A stretch of DNA of 60,318 bases, counting the filler, from Catajapyx aquilonaris (lineage: Eukaryota): the NCBI GenBank assembly GCA_000934665.2. It is 2 parts of 2 records of this genome, joined end to end, with 100 filler letters (N's around TTAATTAATTAA, not from the genome) between each part and the next. Parts side by side here need not be neighbours in the genome. Positions count along the whole stretch, not along the records: positions 31,329 to 60,318 come from KZ539229.1; 1 more part is not named here. One strand, 5' to 3'. Positions 37,901 through 52,858 of this stretch are shown here, in pieces (positions within the stretch are counted from its first letter, which is position 1; each line of letters starts with the position of its first letter). The position numbers were made by a program, and so were the translations under genes. Below the pieces are notes generated by a model. The model was not told where the DNA came from. It ran no database searches and was given only the letters and a program-made list of their open reading frames with translations.

Positions 37901-40561
37901 ACCCTCGACTAATCGCGCACGACATTCGTGTTGCCAAACATTGTCGGCTGTGCGCAACAGGATTAGACAATCATACAGCGGGGCTGTACTTCTGCGAATT
38001 TGTGATGACAAATGGGCGCTAAATGTATAAATAGGTATCATCTGTTTCGCAAGCTTCAGGACATTTCTGACAGTTCCTCCTTGTGACGTAAGAGCAAAAA
38101 TAGAGACGGAGGTTGACACCGGATTCTTGTCCATAATAGTTGAGACAGAGTCTTCTTACCGGAAAAGGGGGACACACACAAAAACCCTTCCCGCCCAAAA
38201 TACGGCGACACGAAGGAAGAAGTCAATGTGCCCGTTCCCATTCGCCTGCCATCTTGCGGACTTGCTTTTTTTCTGCGAACTGCCCACTGTTTGGCAACTG
38301 CACTTAAAACCCGTTACTTTGTCAGTACGCAAGGAACAACAAGATATTAAGTAGCACATCGTCGGGATAAGGATACGTGATACACAACCTTTTAAGTTTA
38401 AAAATATAAGGCGCCAGATAAAAGTTGCACTCATCATGTAATTGAGTTCAGTTCATCTCGTTTTTCTGCACCTATCAATAATGATAACAATCGAAGCCAC
38501 TTTTCAAGTATTGCATTCCCGTCGAGGATACTGCAATTATCGCTACGTGAAGCTTCCATAATCTATTGAATGCAATCTGATGAGAAAGTTTTGAAAACTT
38601 GCACAATTGCACAACACATACGACTTCTGGTTTACAGTATTATAAAGATCAACGGATCGGCTTGAACTATAATCCCAGTACTATTTATGTAATGCAGATC
38701 AGCTTCTGAAAAAAAAAAAAAAAATCAATGCGAAGAGTTTTGCCAACCAACCAGAATTGAACAAAACATATAAGCTGTTATTATGTCATATCCTATTGGA
38801 TATCAGCCCACTGCAATCTTGTAACACAAATACCCCTACATCCCCATTGCAACATTACACTGTATCCCAGATGGTAATACAATGTGTATCAAAATGTATC
38901 TAGCGCACCTCCTACACTTTATTTTAAATTCCTTCTGAAAATGACTCGCGCAAGACGTAGCATATAAAGTTGTACACTTCAAAGTGAAGCGCAGTTTTGT
39001 TTACTAATCAACGTCATTCGTCGTCGGATTGTATGCCCGCCTGTCTGATGATATACACATTCATCACGCGAGAGGCCCTACATGCTGCAGTACACACACT
39101 CCCAAAATGGCCACTTTCCTCGGTCCACTGCGGCCAGGAAACACCATTCATCAATCACCAAGTTGAAAAAAACATGTCAGGCGAATTCCTATAGGTGAGT
39201 AAGGATTCTGGGAGTGCATCTCTGAATGAAAACACGGTAGATCCAAAGTAGGCGTAGGTAATATGTCGCAACCACAAAAAGCTGGCAACAAACTAACAGT
39301 GACCTGCAAGGTCCAGGAACTTTATAATCAAACTGCCCTCCACCCTCCCACCGCCTATCTCAGGCCGATCGCCACAAAGACCAAGGGTACGCCCCATAAA
39401 ACTTTAACGCCATCAGCTTGTAAATTCGAGCAGGACTTTCTTTAAAATCCCAAGTCGACCCCCAAGCGGCCAGTTCTAGTTCCGAAGCTAAGTCAGTGTC
39501 GCCCAAACATCCTCCACATCTCGAAGGGGGTTCGCCAGGCCATAAACCTTGACTGGGGTGAAAGTTCCTGGGAGCGGCTCTTGTTTCCAATACAAAAGAC
39601 AATCCTCAGCTTAGTTGCCAGATCCAAGGTTCCTCCGGAGGTTGCCTCAGCAATCATGTCCGAAATACAGCCAGAAGTCAACATTCGCTTATAGGCTTAC
39701 ACTCCGCTCCACCTACATGATCGATTCCACAGGTTGAAACTGGGTTAATAGGCCCACCCTAAAAGTAATTCCCGGTGCTGAAACTGCACAAACAATCCGG
39801 GAGGGCGGTACGTACACAACAGCTTCCAAACATGAATATTTGATAGTTTATTTGGCCCGGCTCCAGTCCTCGCCGGAAGTTCCATCACCTTTCAGTTTGC
39901 TCTCTTTTAATGGGCCTGACAGCGTGGAGCGCCTTTCTCTTTTTGGATGACGGCAGTATGGTTCACGGGCTATCATTTACCTCTGCCCCATTATATGGTG
40001 GTTCCTTGATGCTAAAAGCGCTTCCTGATAACGTTTGCAGAGCGAGCCTGCACTTACTGTTAGTCGGACAAAATCATGCTGAGCCGGTTAATTCGTACTT
40101 GGCACAACCGAGCAATTCTATCCATGGTCATTCAATGTCAGGCTGAGTGGATGCCAAAGCGAACCAAAATATGGAGTTATGCCACAAGAAAGCCCTTCAA
40201 TTATGTCACAGATCAGGTCAGATCTATTGGTGTGCACCAATCACGTGCGGTATTCATATTTTTATCAGTGTGCATGTACAGTAGCAGCTTACACATTGCT
40301 GGTCTGTCGAGTGTTATTTACACGAATCCCCTGTAGATGGTTGGATTATCTAACATCGCTTGATCACGAGCAGTTCCACACAATGTTACCATCTGTCCAC
40401 AAAAAATTCTGAATATAACATTGAGCCACAATTCTCAAATACACGCCCAATGGTTTCTGATAACTTCGGTGTGTCTTACTATATGTAATGATTTATGGAA
40501 GGCATATGATCCCCCTCAGAAAACTTTCAGGATCCAAAGATGTGGTGAAAATGGTACTGAC

Positions 40562-40753
40562 CTCATCGACGTAGTGCACCCGCTCCACACAGTAGCGCTT
40601 CCTGAACTCTTCCAAGGTGGCGATGTGCCCCATGACAACTCGGTAGCTGTCAGGCAGCCGAGGCACAAACAAAATGGATTCTCCAGTTTTGGCGACAATG
40701 GCACCATAGCAGTCGGGTTCTTCCACACCAAAAGCCCAATGGAAGTAGGATTC
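40562..40753 (-). CDS. PEPD: Prolidase, exon 3
   Basis: ESYFHWAFGVEEPDCYGAI...LFVPRLPDSYRVVMG...VHYVDE, phase 0-0. Confidence 0.93.
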
Positions 40754-43700
40754 CTAAAAAGAAATTTCCATAACGCCTATTACAGTGATCTCAGTGGTAC
40801 TACCATCGTTAAAAATTCAATCACACAATCGAAAACAAGTCGTGATTGAAGTATAGCGAAGCAACTCTATACAGTATGCTAAAGACATTCATACAACCGT
40901 TGTGATGTGAATACAGCCTATATCAATTAAAAAAATGTCAGAATATTATTTTCGATTATTTTAATGATCAAAATTCTGTAATAATATATCCAGGGGAAAG
41001 TATAGCCCTTTTTACAAGTCCCGGATGAATCCAGTCAATTAACAAGTTCCTCTTCTATACTGTAAACCAGAGTAAGCCACGACAGTTCGCAAATTTCTAT
41101 ATGCTATAACATACAGTCACACATTCCATAAGTCCAGAAACAAAGATAGATTCAGTGAATTACTCTCTGCATTGTCAATATCATACTGTGTGTATGTTTT
41201 TTTTGTTTTTTTTTGAAACGTGACTGTTGACACATCCGAATTGTTTCAAGGCTGACTGAACTGTTAATGTACCATGGCACACATAAAGCACGCCCTCAAT
41301 AACTCTGTACACAACAAAAATCATGACGCATTTATAACCCACGCGAAACGCAGCATCGCATCGGAAGGAATTCTTAGGTCACCCTGCCATAAAGTCATTG
41401 CTCACAACCATTCCTGCATCCAACGTCACCTCCTCTGATAACCAAGCAGTTTAGCTACCAGCACCATAAAATTTTAATGCGTCCCTATTAGCGCATGTGC
41501 TTTACGACAACTTGTAGGTCAAAAGATCAACGAATGTGAATAGGAAGTGACCCGGTCTTGCAATTTCCAGGAAGGAGACATGCATGAGGAACCCTTCAGG
41601 CAGCATTCCGTAGGCCACAAAAATCGGTTGTATACTCCCGGATTGCAACAAAGCGGCAGTGCAAAATGCCTGGTGAGATCATCCCCCGTAATTGCCACAC
41701 ACCTCGCCTCCGTGATTTTTACCCCGTAAGGCCAGACAACTTGCGTCACCATCATTCTAACGCTCCAGAGACCGTCTGATTCATTTCGACAACGTGGGCA
41801 AACCAACATGCACACGCGCCGCCTTGCCAACACGTGCAGACCCATGCTGCACTTTTGGTATGACAATGCAAGGACAGGAGACATTGCACGCTCGACATTG
41901 TTTCATATGTAGCTACAATAACCTGCTCTCATAATGCTCCTTTTTTCGCCCCCCCCCCCCACTCATTCTAACGCGGAAGACTCAGCTATATATGCAAACA
42001 CCCGTGACGTAATAGAGGGATTTATGAAAGTAACAGGTGAACCTTATTGCCAAACACTTTCTTTCGTCGGGGTGTATAGATGCAGTCACAGCGGGGCGTG
42101 AAAGTTTGTGCCCCAAAGGCTAGGGAGGGTCAATCACAAACCCGACCGGGCTGCAGCACTTATTTGTTATGGCCCATTCCCCGGTATTTCACAGGACGGG
42201 GTTTGCCAATGCTGCTGACTAGTTTCTTCCGGGCTTCAGCACTTGCAACATTTCCCAGAGCCGCTGTTGTACCCTCAAAATCCCTTTTCAACGTCTACCC
42301 CTTTTTCTGTAGTTATTCGCACATTTCCAGGCCACTACCGGTATACATGTAGTGTAGTACACGCACGCATTGGCGCAGAAAAGAGACGAAGAGAAAAACA
42401 AACATTCGGAACCCATATAAGCAAAGAAGGTTGAGGTGAGCGGCCGAATGCACGTTGACAATGGAACCATAACTCCTGCCGTGAACTTCCCTGCGCACAA
42501 ATGTTCCGGATTTTGTTTGGCTCATTCACCTCAAATTCACACCCTGCTCTCCACGCTGGCTTTGCCCCCCTTGCATAATAATAACAACAGGAGCTTGGAT
42601 TCGGCTGGAGACGTCATCTTCTGGTCGTATTCGCTCTACCGCTAACTACACTGACCATAAATTATAGCAGGATCACATTGTCTCTACCTTGTTTATTACC
42701 AAAATGAGTGACTCTGGAATGAGCGCGACTTGGCTGGTATACTGCCTGTGTGTAGGCTACTGCACCTGTGTGCAATACAACCAGTAACACCTGATGTGAT
42801 ATTGTGTGGAACATGTGTATAAAAACGACTCCAACAAAGAGCCCAGCGTACCTGCCAACGGTACAGTTGGGTGGCTTCATTATTTCATAGCATTTTACCA
42901 AGTATTTCAGACAATTTTAAACAAATCTGAGATTTCAATCACGCTCTCATCTAACAATAATATCATGGTCGGAGAGTTACCCAACATCATCACTATCGCA
43001 TTATATAAAGTACAATTTGCGCACTCTAACCCTTGCTCTAACCGCTCAGTGTATCCCAGTTCCATCTACACACCGCTACACACTCCCACCCCGTGTTTCA
43101 TAAACCGGCCTATGGAGAATTTATATCCTTCCTTGATGACTGATGACCTGCTGATAAACCAACGCGTAATCTCAACGTGCCTTACAGTTTTCGACCTTTT
43201 GAACCACACAACATATCACCACCCTACCCTTTTCCCCCTAGCTATGCCTGAACAGCCAAATACGGCAACGACGGAGCCAAACGTTTCCACATGCTTGCAT
43301 TCTGAAAATTCCAAAGTCAACTTTAGATCTGCGCACAGCCGCATACTTGCAGGTATCCACTTTCAGTCGTCCTCCCAGAGAAAACGGGGTCGTACCAGGA
43401 ATGAAAATAGACCCTATTCGGATTTGAGCCCGGCTTCGACTTTCGGGCGCACATGAACCGGGATTATTCTGGCGACGAGGGGACTACAGACCGCCATACA
43501 CAAAAGGGGTTCCATCCTTTAGGCGAGGGCCGGAGGACTCGTTTCGTCATTTTCGTTTATTTTCGTTCCTCCTCAGCCCGCCTACGTCATCGTCAGACTC
43601 CAGCCAAGACTCGGATAACAAACAAAACGGGTCACCTTGGGTCAAGCCAAAATAAGCGGCAGGGTGCTGATCGGAACTGTTGATCACGACGGGGGTTGTG

Positions 43701-45880
43701 ACGCACACCATCTAGCCAAATGGGAATTGTTGCTGATTTTGCCTCAAAACAATGGGATGGGAAAAATGCTCGGATGGAATTTCAAAAACATGTTTACTAT
43801 ATGTGGAATCTCCAAATATTGTACTGGACATTATTCCGCGTGGGTATCGCAGTAAAATGACACGTACTTGCCTCTCCCTTCCTTGAAAACGCAACTACGA
43901 CTACGCAAACCTGGCTTTTATTTTGTTTTGTTCAGAGTCGCCCAATTCATGACCCACTTTCAAGTCCCATGACGTGTCCGGGAAATGTAGTCGAGTCGCC
44001 GGGGAGGCAATGGTGACGCACTGTTTTGCTACAAGTATCAACAAAAAAATATATTGTGGAAGCAACCAGGTGACCTTGACATCAATTACTCCGTGCAGTA
44101 ATTACTGCACATGCAAATCCTATTTACAACCAACAAAAGGCATGCCACCTGCACGTACGCGAGTTGAACCACTTCGTGTGAATAGCACCTCCAAAAAGCG
44201 GCATAGTTCTCCGTTTTTGACCTTTGCCGTGTGATTCAACTCGGCAGGTGTTTTCTCCCTTTGCTGACGTGTCCTTTCATGTTGACGCTTACACTTGTTT
44301 GGCCTTCTGATGTGGAAGAGAAAGGTAATGGATCTCAAACGTGTTCCTGACCTGGATTTTTGGGCAATATTCGCGCGCTTCCATTTCGTTGCAAAATGAG
44401 CTGTCCTCACCATAATCGCTTTCTTATGCAGTTATGCTCGTTGGCACGTGCAGGTGACGCAGGGACATGCTTTCTAAGCCGAACGAGCCTTATGAGAAGG
44501 CTTACAGGTAGTTGTAAAATGTGGTTGCATATGCTGGCTCGACGGGCTTCCTTATTCAAGAGTTATTGACATAAAATCTATATCCTCCTGGGCTCAATGA
44601 CAAACCAGAATTGCGGCATTGTTGCAAACAGCTACGATAAGAACCGGACACCTTGTACCTTAGCAGTAAAAAGTATTGGTGTCAGAACGGTGGCCAACTT
44701 CAATTTGTATGAACTCAGAATCATTCGTTTGCACCTTGAACCAACTTGAGCATCGCGCAAACAACTGACATTTGCTCAAAAACAATGGAATTTTACCACG
44801 TGCTTCCTTTTATTTTTATTATTTTTTTCCTTGTTTGTTTGGAAAGTTTCCCTGCTCCTGTATTCACACACTTTCCTCTTCCTTGTCCTCCCCTATACAT
44901 CTCAACACCACCTACTTTCACTCCGATGATTGCATTGAAATCCTACCAAACGGGCAATCGCAACACATGCAAAAATCCTCTTGCACTTACACCATCTCAA
45001 GAAATACTCGACCGATATGCAATCGATCCACGCCATTAGTTCCTCATTGCACTAGGCATGCTGCCAAATTGTGAAAAATGCTACGGGCATTAATGAATTG
45101 CGCAACAAAAATGTGACAGCATACATGTTATATGAATGGGCTCGACTGGCACATCAACGACAATCTATTTAATACCATCATTTCCACCGATTTCCACCAT
45201 ACAGGGCTTTGCAAATGAATGTATTAGGAGGGCACCAGCCACCTGGTTCTGCACAAGTATGGTATAAGTATCACATTAGCAAAATCATTCATATTCATGA
45301 CAGTCCAAATGGCATTGATTATTACCGTATTATTTAAAACATGCAGCAACTACAAAAGTCGCAATAAAAAGGAAAATTTCATGGACACAGCCCACTGTCA
45401 CCCTTATCACAAAACTATGGGGTTACATCATCATCGCACATGTACCTTGTCAAGCAGGCTTCCTTTCCCTTTAGCCACTGTCATCTGGGATACTTGATGG
45501 TTATACCAAAAATTAGTGCATGTGTATATTCGTTAGCGATAATTTATTACAATAAATTTTTATATAATATTGAGTACTTCATAATAGCCTGAAAGTAGGC
45601 TGATGTAATTGCATATTTATTAGAACTACTACGAATTAAATATGATAAGGGGATAATTGTTCCCCTTTTCGAATTTCTCACGGTGGTTTCAACTCTTAGT
45701 ATACTACACATACGCAGTAAAATATTCATGAAGCATCTTGTAATATGTTACAATGCATCATGTCTATCCCATGGTCTACAGTATACCATCATATGTGGCC
45801 TACCCTAATATTGAGATAACCGCAAGTGTCAACAATCCCTCATCACACATGCAAGGCTAACAACAGCATGACAAACTGAC

Positions 45881-46076
45881 CTGCCGGAAAAGTGGTTGGG
45901 CATCGGTGCAGTGGTGCGTCTGAGTCTCTCCTCCTTGAAGAACAACAACGGCCCCTGCAGGAACTGCAGACTTGGCCCTCAAGCGTTCACACAGTCGAGT
46001 TCTGTTGAGCGCAAAAAGGCCCATGGACACCTTGAGGGTGTGCTCGCCACGGGTGAAGAAGCTGCTGTACATGGTG
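45881..46076 (-). CDS. PEPD: Prolidase, exon 2
   Basis: [28 protein letters not shown]...VVLQGGE....CTD...LFRQ, with a gtcagt donor. The acceptor is ambiguous among three in-phase AGs (exon start 46076, 46064 or 46061). Confidence 0.9.
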
Positions 46077-46372
46077 CTGAAGAAATAAATGTACATGTCT
46101 ACGTTAGACTGAAACATTGTTGATCTAATTTCAGTTATACTCGTAGTTGTCAATGATTTCGTTACCATCTACTTTTGTCACTCCCAGTTTATGTTGACGA
46201 AATCCAAGCATAATGAAGAACACGATTAAAAAATTTTTCACATAAAACGATAAGCATAATTTCACATCAATTAACCCTTGACGCCGACCGAGTGAGAGTA
46301 ATACAATCATTAATTGGTTATCATGAAAATTAATGTGTTACACCGCAAATTATGCTACAATAAAGTACAAAC

Positions 46373-46386
46373 GCATGAGTAGCCAT
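46373..46386 (-). CDS. PEPD: Prolidase, probable first coding exon (MATHA)
   Basis: gccATGgctactcatgc followed by gtttgt. Phase 2 matches exon 2. A further donor (gtaagg, about 47119) suggests a non-coding exon upstream. Confidence 0.5.
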
Positions 46387-48558
46387 GGCCTCTTTCTCTC
46401 CTAACAGCAGTTATCCCCCAAAACTACTGTAACCTTCACACTGCCTCTCCTACAAAAAGATTTCACTTCCCCATATGTACACAGTACGATTCCATTGTGC
46501 AACTAAAGTGGAGCAGTCAACAGTGAGCAGCAATGCGCGATTTCCTTCAGAATATGTGTCAGTCCGTGGAAGATCAAATAGGGGCATTCCCAAGCGATTG
46601 TTTTTTTTTATTATTATTTATTTTCCAATCCGAATCTAATCACCACGAGATCAAGCAGGCAAGATCCAAGTTGGTTGCCAGAAAAGAAAACCACACTACA
46701 AGCTCGCATGTAGGCCAGGGTTATGCACCAAGACGCAAATATACCTCCACAACATTGTATTATTCAACACTCAAGCACCAACACCGTCACAGATGCCGGC
46801 AGCTCATTTCAAATCCCCATATCACCGCTATTTTTTAAACCCATCATTTGGCCAAAAAAGAGGTACACCAGATTGCTATCTCCGTTTCGGTGCATTTCAC
46901 CAGAAAAGACTCTGGCCCTTGTAAGCATCTTCTCCCTTGTCCTATTGATTCGCAGCCAGTTGGAGCAACTCAAGAGTCCTAGTTGTCATGGTAATCCTAT
47001 ACACGGGATGGTTTATTTTTAAGTCTGCTCGCAGAATGGGATATCTTGGCAACGGGCTGCATGAAAGATCACAACAAACAAACCGGTCCGACCACGCACG
47101 AATTTTTCTCGTGCCTTACCGAAGTCAAAGGGCACTCTGAGGACGACGACGGAGGGAACAATATTGGCGCTCTTAAGACATTGTTGCGCAATGGTTGCGA
47201 TCCGTGTTCATTCGCACCGTTCTAATAATAAAGTCACGCCATGACATACACAATTTGAGCCCATGTTTACGCCCTTCCAGGATCCCCCTGAAAACGCTCG
47301 ACAGGGTCGCACATATGTGCATGACCCGTTAAGATGTCATGAAACACAAACATTGGTGGCGATTGCATTGGCGTCATAGAGTGAAAACGTCGAGAGTGAT
47401 AGCCGTTTCCGCCAGAGTAATCTACAAACAAATGTGTCAATGGCCCTCTAGTGTCGTATACTTTACTTACTGTACAGGTACACTATATACTAATTATGTG
47501 AGGCCAGTTCTCTCCTTACAACGTACAGTGCTTATCAAGTCTTGGAACCCTGCCACCGCCCTGTTTTCAACACACGTCACTAGCAACGCAAACGAAATGT
47601 AGATCAAAAATAAGTACAGCAACACACAATACATGCAAAATTGTAACTGTGCCATTACGACGATTTTTAACAGGTATTTATGTCGAAGATGTTAATTCTC
47701 TCTCTGGCCTCTGGCCTGGAAATGACACTTCGGGTCACGATCAACAACAACAAAAATATGTTTTTGAAATGGATTGAAGGTGGCGGTGTTTGAGAAACAT
47801 ATCATGTAAGTGCAATCTTCATAAATGCCACTCTATGCTACACCTAAAATCAACATTAGCATATTCAACTCCTAAACTATATCAGTGTGTTACATACTGA
47901 TACAGCATGACAAATATTTACTTGAGTCTCTGGGTTGCCTAATCTAAGCTTTTGTTTACAACAAAGCACAATTTATCGCGGTGTGTCATGGTTGCATGCA
48001 GAAGTACATTGAGTTCCTTCGGCACCATATATATCAATACAGAGCAGAGGCTGAAAAATAATAATAAAAATGAGGATAAGTAATCAGGGGCAACAGCACC
48101 CGAGAGCCGATAGCTGCAAACATTTTCATATTAGCTATCCGATCAGTAGGAAAACATTCCGTTTAGAAAGAAAAATGTGGATACTGTATTGTCCATCTTT
48201 CTTTACAAGGCAGCTTCCACCCCCACCTTATCAGAATCCACCGCCTCCGGAAGTCCGGATCACTCACCACTCACCAGGATTACTGAACGCGATATGTGCT
48301 GGCTCGGAAAGAGGCGCTGGTGTCAGGCCTTGCTTAGGGTAATATCAGAGGTACCTTGTATTAAGTGCATGGCATAATGATGACAATTCCGCTTTTTATA
48401 CACTTCGTATTGCACTCAGTTATCGCGGTGAGAAATCGTGATTGAGAAGGAATTCAAATGAGGGGGGGTGGGTGGAGCTTCGAAGAAAGACGAACAACAC
48501 CCATTATACCCATGATGTGTAAATACTTCGACCACCTCCGAGGTTTAATGCACGCTAC

Positions 48559-48574
48559 ATTATTATTGTTGTTG

Positions 48575-48646
<72 letters not shown>
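48559..48646. repeat. (TTA)n/(TTG)n microsatellite
   Basis: Directly visible. It explains the poly-L and poly-N ORFs and may be the tail of a minus-strand retroposon fragment. Confidence 0.9.
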
Positions 48647-48647
<1 letters not shown>

Positions 48648-51542
48648 CTGCAACCGACTGCAAGCATAGAGCCAGCCGGAGGCATACTCCCCCCTTGGCA
48701 GTTTTGTGGCCCTTTTACTGCCAAGACATATTTGACTTCCGCCTACTACTCAAACAAAGCCTAATGACTCTCATTTGCTTGATGATAGAACGATGTGCTT
48801 TAGTCCTTGCTCTGCTGTGACCTAGTTCATTTTTAGTTCCAACGTACAGTATGGCTACTTCTAAGAGGAATAAGTCTGCACATGAAGTACATAATGTGAA
48901 ATTATCTGTGTCGCATTTTTTCCCTCAAAGTTTCATATAAAAAAGTTTATGACCATGGACACACAAAGACTTTTTAGACAGTACGGGTTTCCATCCTAAA
49001 TAGGCCCTCAAATTGGGGGGTACTCATCTATATATTTAAAAAAACTCCATGCTACCCGGGAGGAGGATTCTAAATCAGTGGGCTAAAAACAATGACGGGA
49101 TGGTTCCAAACATGTGAATGTAGGTGCCCCATTGACCACATAGTCATTAGCCTACCTACTGCATACTGCATAGCATATACCTTTATTGTACTCCAACACA
49201 CAAAACCTGGATGCACCTATTCACAATGTCGCAATAGCATTGCCCCATTCAAGGCCTTGCACGGAGGAGTGTCATCTGAAATGCATTATTCCCATGCAGT
49301 CATATAACTGCTGGGATAATGCTCACCATTTAATAAAATATGTCAAGCACGTTCAGGGTGTTAAATTGCAAAAGTGCTGCTTACAGTTTATGTTGCACTA
49401 CAAGTGCACTATTCATAATTGTGCAATGCTTTTCTGTGAGAAAATGATAGCTCTCAGACTACAAAGATTGTCACAATCATCAGCCGATAAAAGGGCATGT
49501 ATACAGCACGTGTCACAAGACTTCCAACTTTGTAATTAGTATTGCCTTGTTTTATTGCTGCATTTTCCAACCTTGTTTACAACTTCTGCTTGGAGAACCT
49601 GGTAATGCCGTTGAAAATATGTGATTAGATAGAGAAAGAATGTCACTTGAGGACGTCAATGAGATCGAAAAGTATAGGCTATAATTATTATCGCTGTTTC
49701 TTTTCTTGTCACTTGGGTTCAACTGCCGTTCGTTTTAGCTGCCATTTGTCCAATAGAAATAGGTTCTCACTTGCACCCACATGCCAAGACTCAAACGCCT
49801 GCCCTGGGCGGATTGGAGGAATGCACCAGCAGGCAGTTGGCCCGGGGGCATGGGTAGGTTACTGGTCATCGGAATGTGAAAGAGGACTGGCTGAAATAAT
49901 ACGAAACCTGATGGGACAAAAAGGCATCAGGTCCGCTTTCTCATTCCGGCTATTACAAGCACAGAATATCAATCTTTATCAGTCAACCAGGCAATCAATA
50001 ATTCTTCACTTTTCGTTAAATTAATCATCCACTTGAGACTCGACGATCTGCTCATTCGGTGAGAATTTTGTCACTCCTCAAAAGGTTCGCATGCAGCTTC
50101 ACAACTGTGGTCATTTTCATCTATATAGAGAGTGGTCCAACAAGGAAACTAGCCACTGCCTTTTGAGTTGCTGCAAATTCAGTTATGCGTAATGCCAATC
50201 TAACAATGAAAATATTTTGCATGGGAGTCTCACAATATATTACACATCTCATATGTTATACTGTACATTGCTAGCTGTATAGAACTATAGACTGCCAAGC
50301 AAACAACAAGTGTCCTACTGGCTGGAGTACAGTGCATGGCATGTGCAAGGTTATAGATGCAACAAGAAAGACCAGCAGCTAGTAAGGGTCCAGAACTGGT
50401 TAATTTAGTATCAAGTTAAACTCATACTTAAAGAGATGTGGTTGGTTCTTTCCCATACTTTTCCCTACTATTAACTTTAATAGTAGTGAAGACAGGACAA
50501 AGAACCAATCTGTGATGCACAAACCCACTTGACACTGCTGAATATGCCCAGACAAGCATTCTACAGAGAAGTCCCCCTATAGGCATGGAGATAGCAGGTT
50601 GTACAGTACTCTATCGCTGAAGAATATGGCGACAACTTTGCAAAATCATCTCAATCTTTTTGAACAACAGAATACATACAGCTTTATAAGAAACATCCCC
50701 CTATGGGTAGCGAGAATAGCCTGTTTGTGCTTCCCCATATATCAGCTAACAGAGCTTATCTATTATCTGACACAAGTGAGTCACACACACTTGATGCAGT
50801 CCTGATACATGCAAGTATTGCAGAAGTATTTGTCACTACCTTATGTTATTACAGTATTTTCATGAATTATGACATTCTCACAAAACTGTACTTAATTAAA
50901 ATAATATGGTAATACAAGTATATGAGTTTTCAAAATATACCATTGCAAATTTAGAAGTTAAAGATGAATAATAATGCTGACAAAGAATTTCACAGCAGTA
51001 ATAACATCACATTACAGTATGAAACCATTACAGTACAATAGTAGGCTACTGGTGTGTGTACTTCTAAAATCAATTCCCATGGGTATAAAACTATAAATAA
51101 TTTTGGTAGTGCACTTCATATTTAACTGGGGATCTAGCAGAAGGCAGGAAAGCTTTACAAAAAAACAAACAAACAAAAAAAAAACCTAGAGATATCAGAA
51201 AATGCTTTGTACTGTATGGTAGCAGGTTTCTCTCGTTCTATGGATTTCCTTGTGAATCGAATTTTTCATATTGCATGCTGCACAGGTGCCAGCACAATAG
51301 CAGCTACATGTTTCCATTTAATGTGGGATGACAGCACAAATCTGCAACCTTCATGTGATATAAAAACTGACATAATGAATCACTTGCCAGTTAGGGAAGC
51401 AATTATCCCCTGTAGCATATTTCTCTGCATAAATGTCACATTTTCTTCAAGGTCAGTGAAGTTTGGGGAAAATATGGATCTGCTCAAAACTATGCCACAA
51501 TTATCAATTAATGATGATGTACACTACAGATCGTGGGAATTT

Positions 51543-51650
51543 GGGTGGAATTTTCGTCTCACTGATAGTTACTGCTAACTTAGCAGTACCCTTGCCAACA
51601 TTGGTACTGCTAAGTTAGCAGTAACTATCAGTGGGACCAAAGTTCCACCC
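51543..51650. repeat. Long hairpin / foldback element
   Basis: cactgatagttactgctaacttagcagtacc is perfectly inverted across a 12-nt loop, with an imperfect extension outward. Confidence 0.85.
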
Positions 51651-52818
51651 ATTGTTTCTACTACTTTAATACTGACAAGATATAAGAAAACTTTGATTTA
51701 CATGCAGGTAACTGCATGTTGCTTATTGCTATCAGGCATGCCAGAGGCCCACAATAACAATAAGAATGGGCTCTCAGGGCGATGGAACTTGAAGCATTCT
51801 ACGAATGGCAGCAGAATGCTATCATGCGACACATTTTTCATAGTATGTGAGATGTGAATATTATACATTAGGTGACATTTCCCCAAGGCCATTAGCAAAT
51901 GACTGGCACCTGAATACAGCATATGACCCACTAAATGAAGTATTGTAATTTCCATCAATTATCAGTATTGTGTAATGTTGCGCACTTAGCTACCCCTCAT
52001 ACATGCCAGTGTCTCGAAGTGGCTGGTGCTAATCCCCGCTAACTGGCCTGACAGTGTAAACATTCAAGTCACGAGTCCTGATATCATATTCCTGATATCA
52101 TACGTGGCAATATGTTGGGACAATCTGCGGTACTCCCCCTGCTCCCACATATTGAAATAATGACACCTGGCATAAAATCCCCGCGATATTACCCTCCTCA
52201 CCCACAACAGCAAACCCTACTATATTTTAAAAAGAGCGGGCCCCAAATCCAACCGCGACGCTTCCACATCCCTTCCCTCTCTGTCAATCCACAACCGCCC
52301 CTGGGCCAGCCACGAGCGGCCCCGATGACCCCCACCCACCCTGCCTCGACCCATGCCCTTCGCCATCCCATCCCCTCTCCACAAAACCCCCAATTTCGAT
52401 TGAAAAGTTGACAGAAAGGCAGCCTACCTTGCCACACTAGACGCCATCTTGGACAATGACTCGTTCCGAAGCTGGTTGAACTGGAAGCACGTGATGTTGG
52501 CTGGCCGACGGATCTACGCTGCCCTCGTGCACTTGTTTCTCTCTCCCCTTCTCCCCTCTGCAGCTGCCGGTTTCAGATCAGGGAACTGGAGACCTTGAAT
52601 TTCCAACAGACTCAAGGACTGACAGTGTGTCTGCCCAGTTGGGAAATGGGGATTATTACAGGCTTTCCCGTCACTCACCAGCTACAAGTGTTTCATGCAA
52701 ATCTTGCAGGCACTATCGGTGCAGTGGGCCGATTCATGTTACGCATGTGACTCCAAGTCTTACAGCCTCATTGCATAGGCCTTTCTGAACAAATGCGCCA
52801 TTGAGACAATGCGATTCA

Positions 52819-52858
52819 GCGATTGCTGTTTGACCACTAGTGGTCAAACAGCAATCGC
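52819..52858. repeat. Perfect 40-bp palindrome inside a longer imperfect foldback (about 52783-52888)
   Basis: gcgattgctgtttgaccactagtggtcaaacagcaatcgc is its own reverse complement. Confidence 0.9.

Noticed and set aside
42806..43456. 216-aa plus-strand ORF inside a PEPD intron
   Set aside because: It has a GTG start, no domain, and a composition typical of non-coding sequence.
48454..48820. Poly-Leu and poly-Asn ORFs
   Set aside because: They are translations of a (TTA)n microsatellite.
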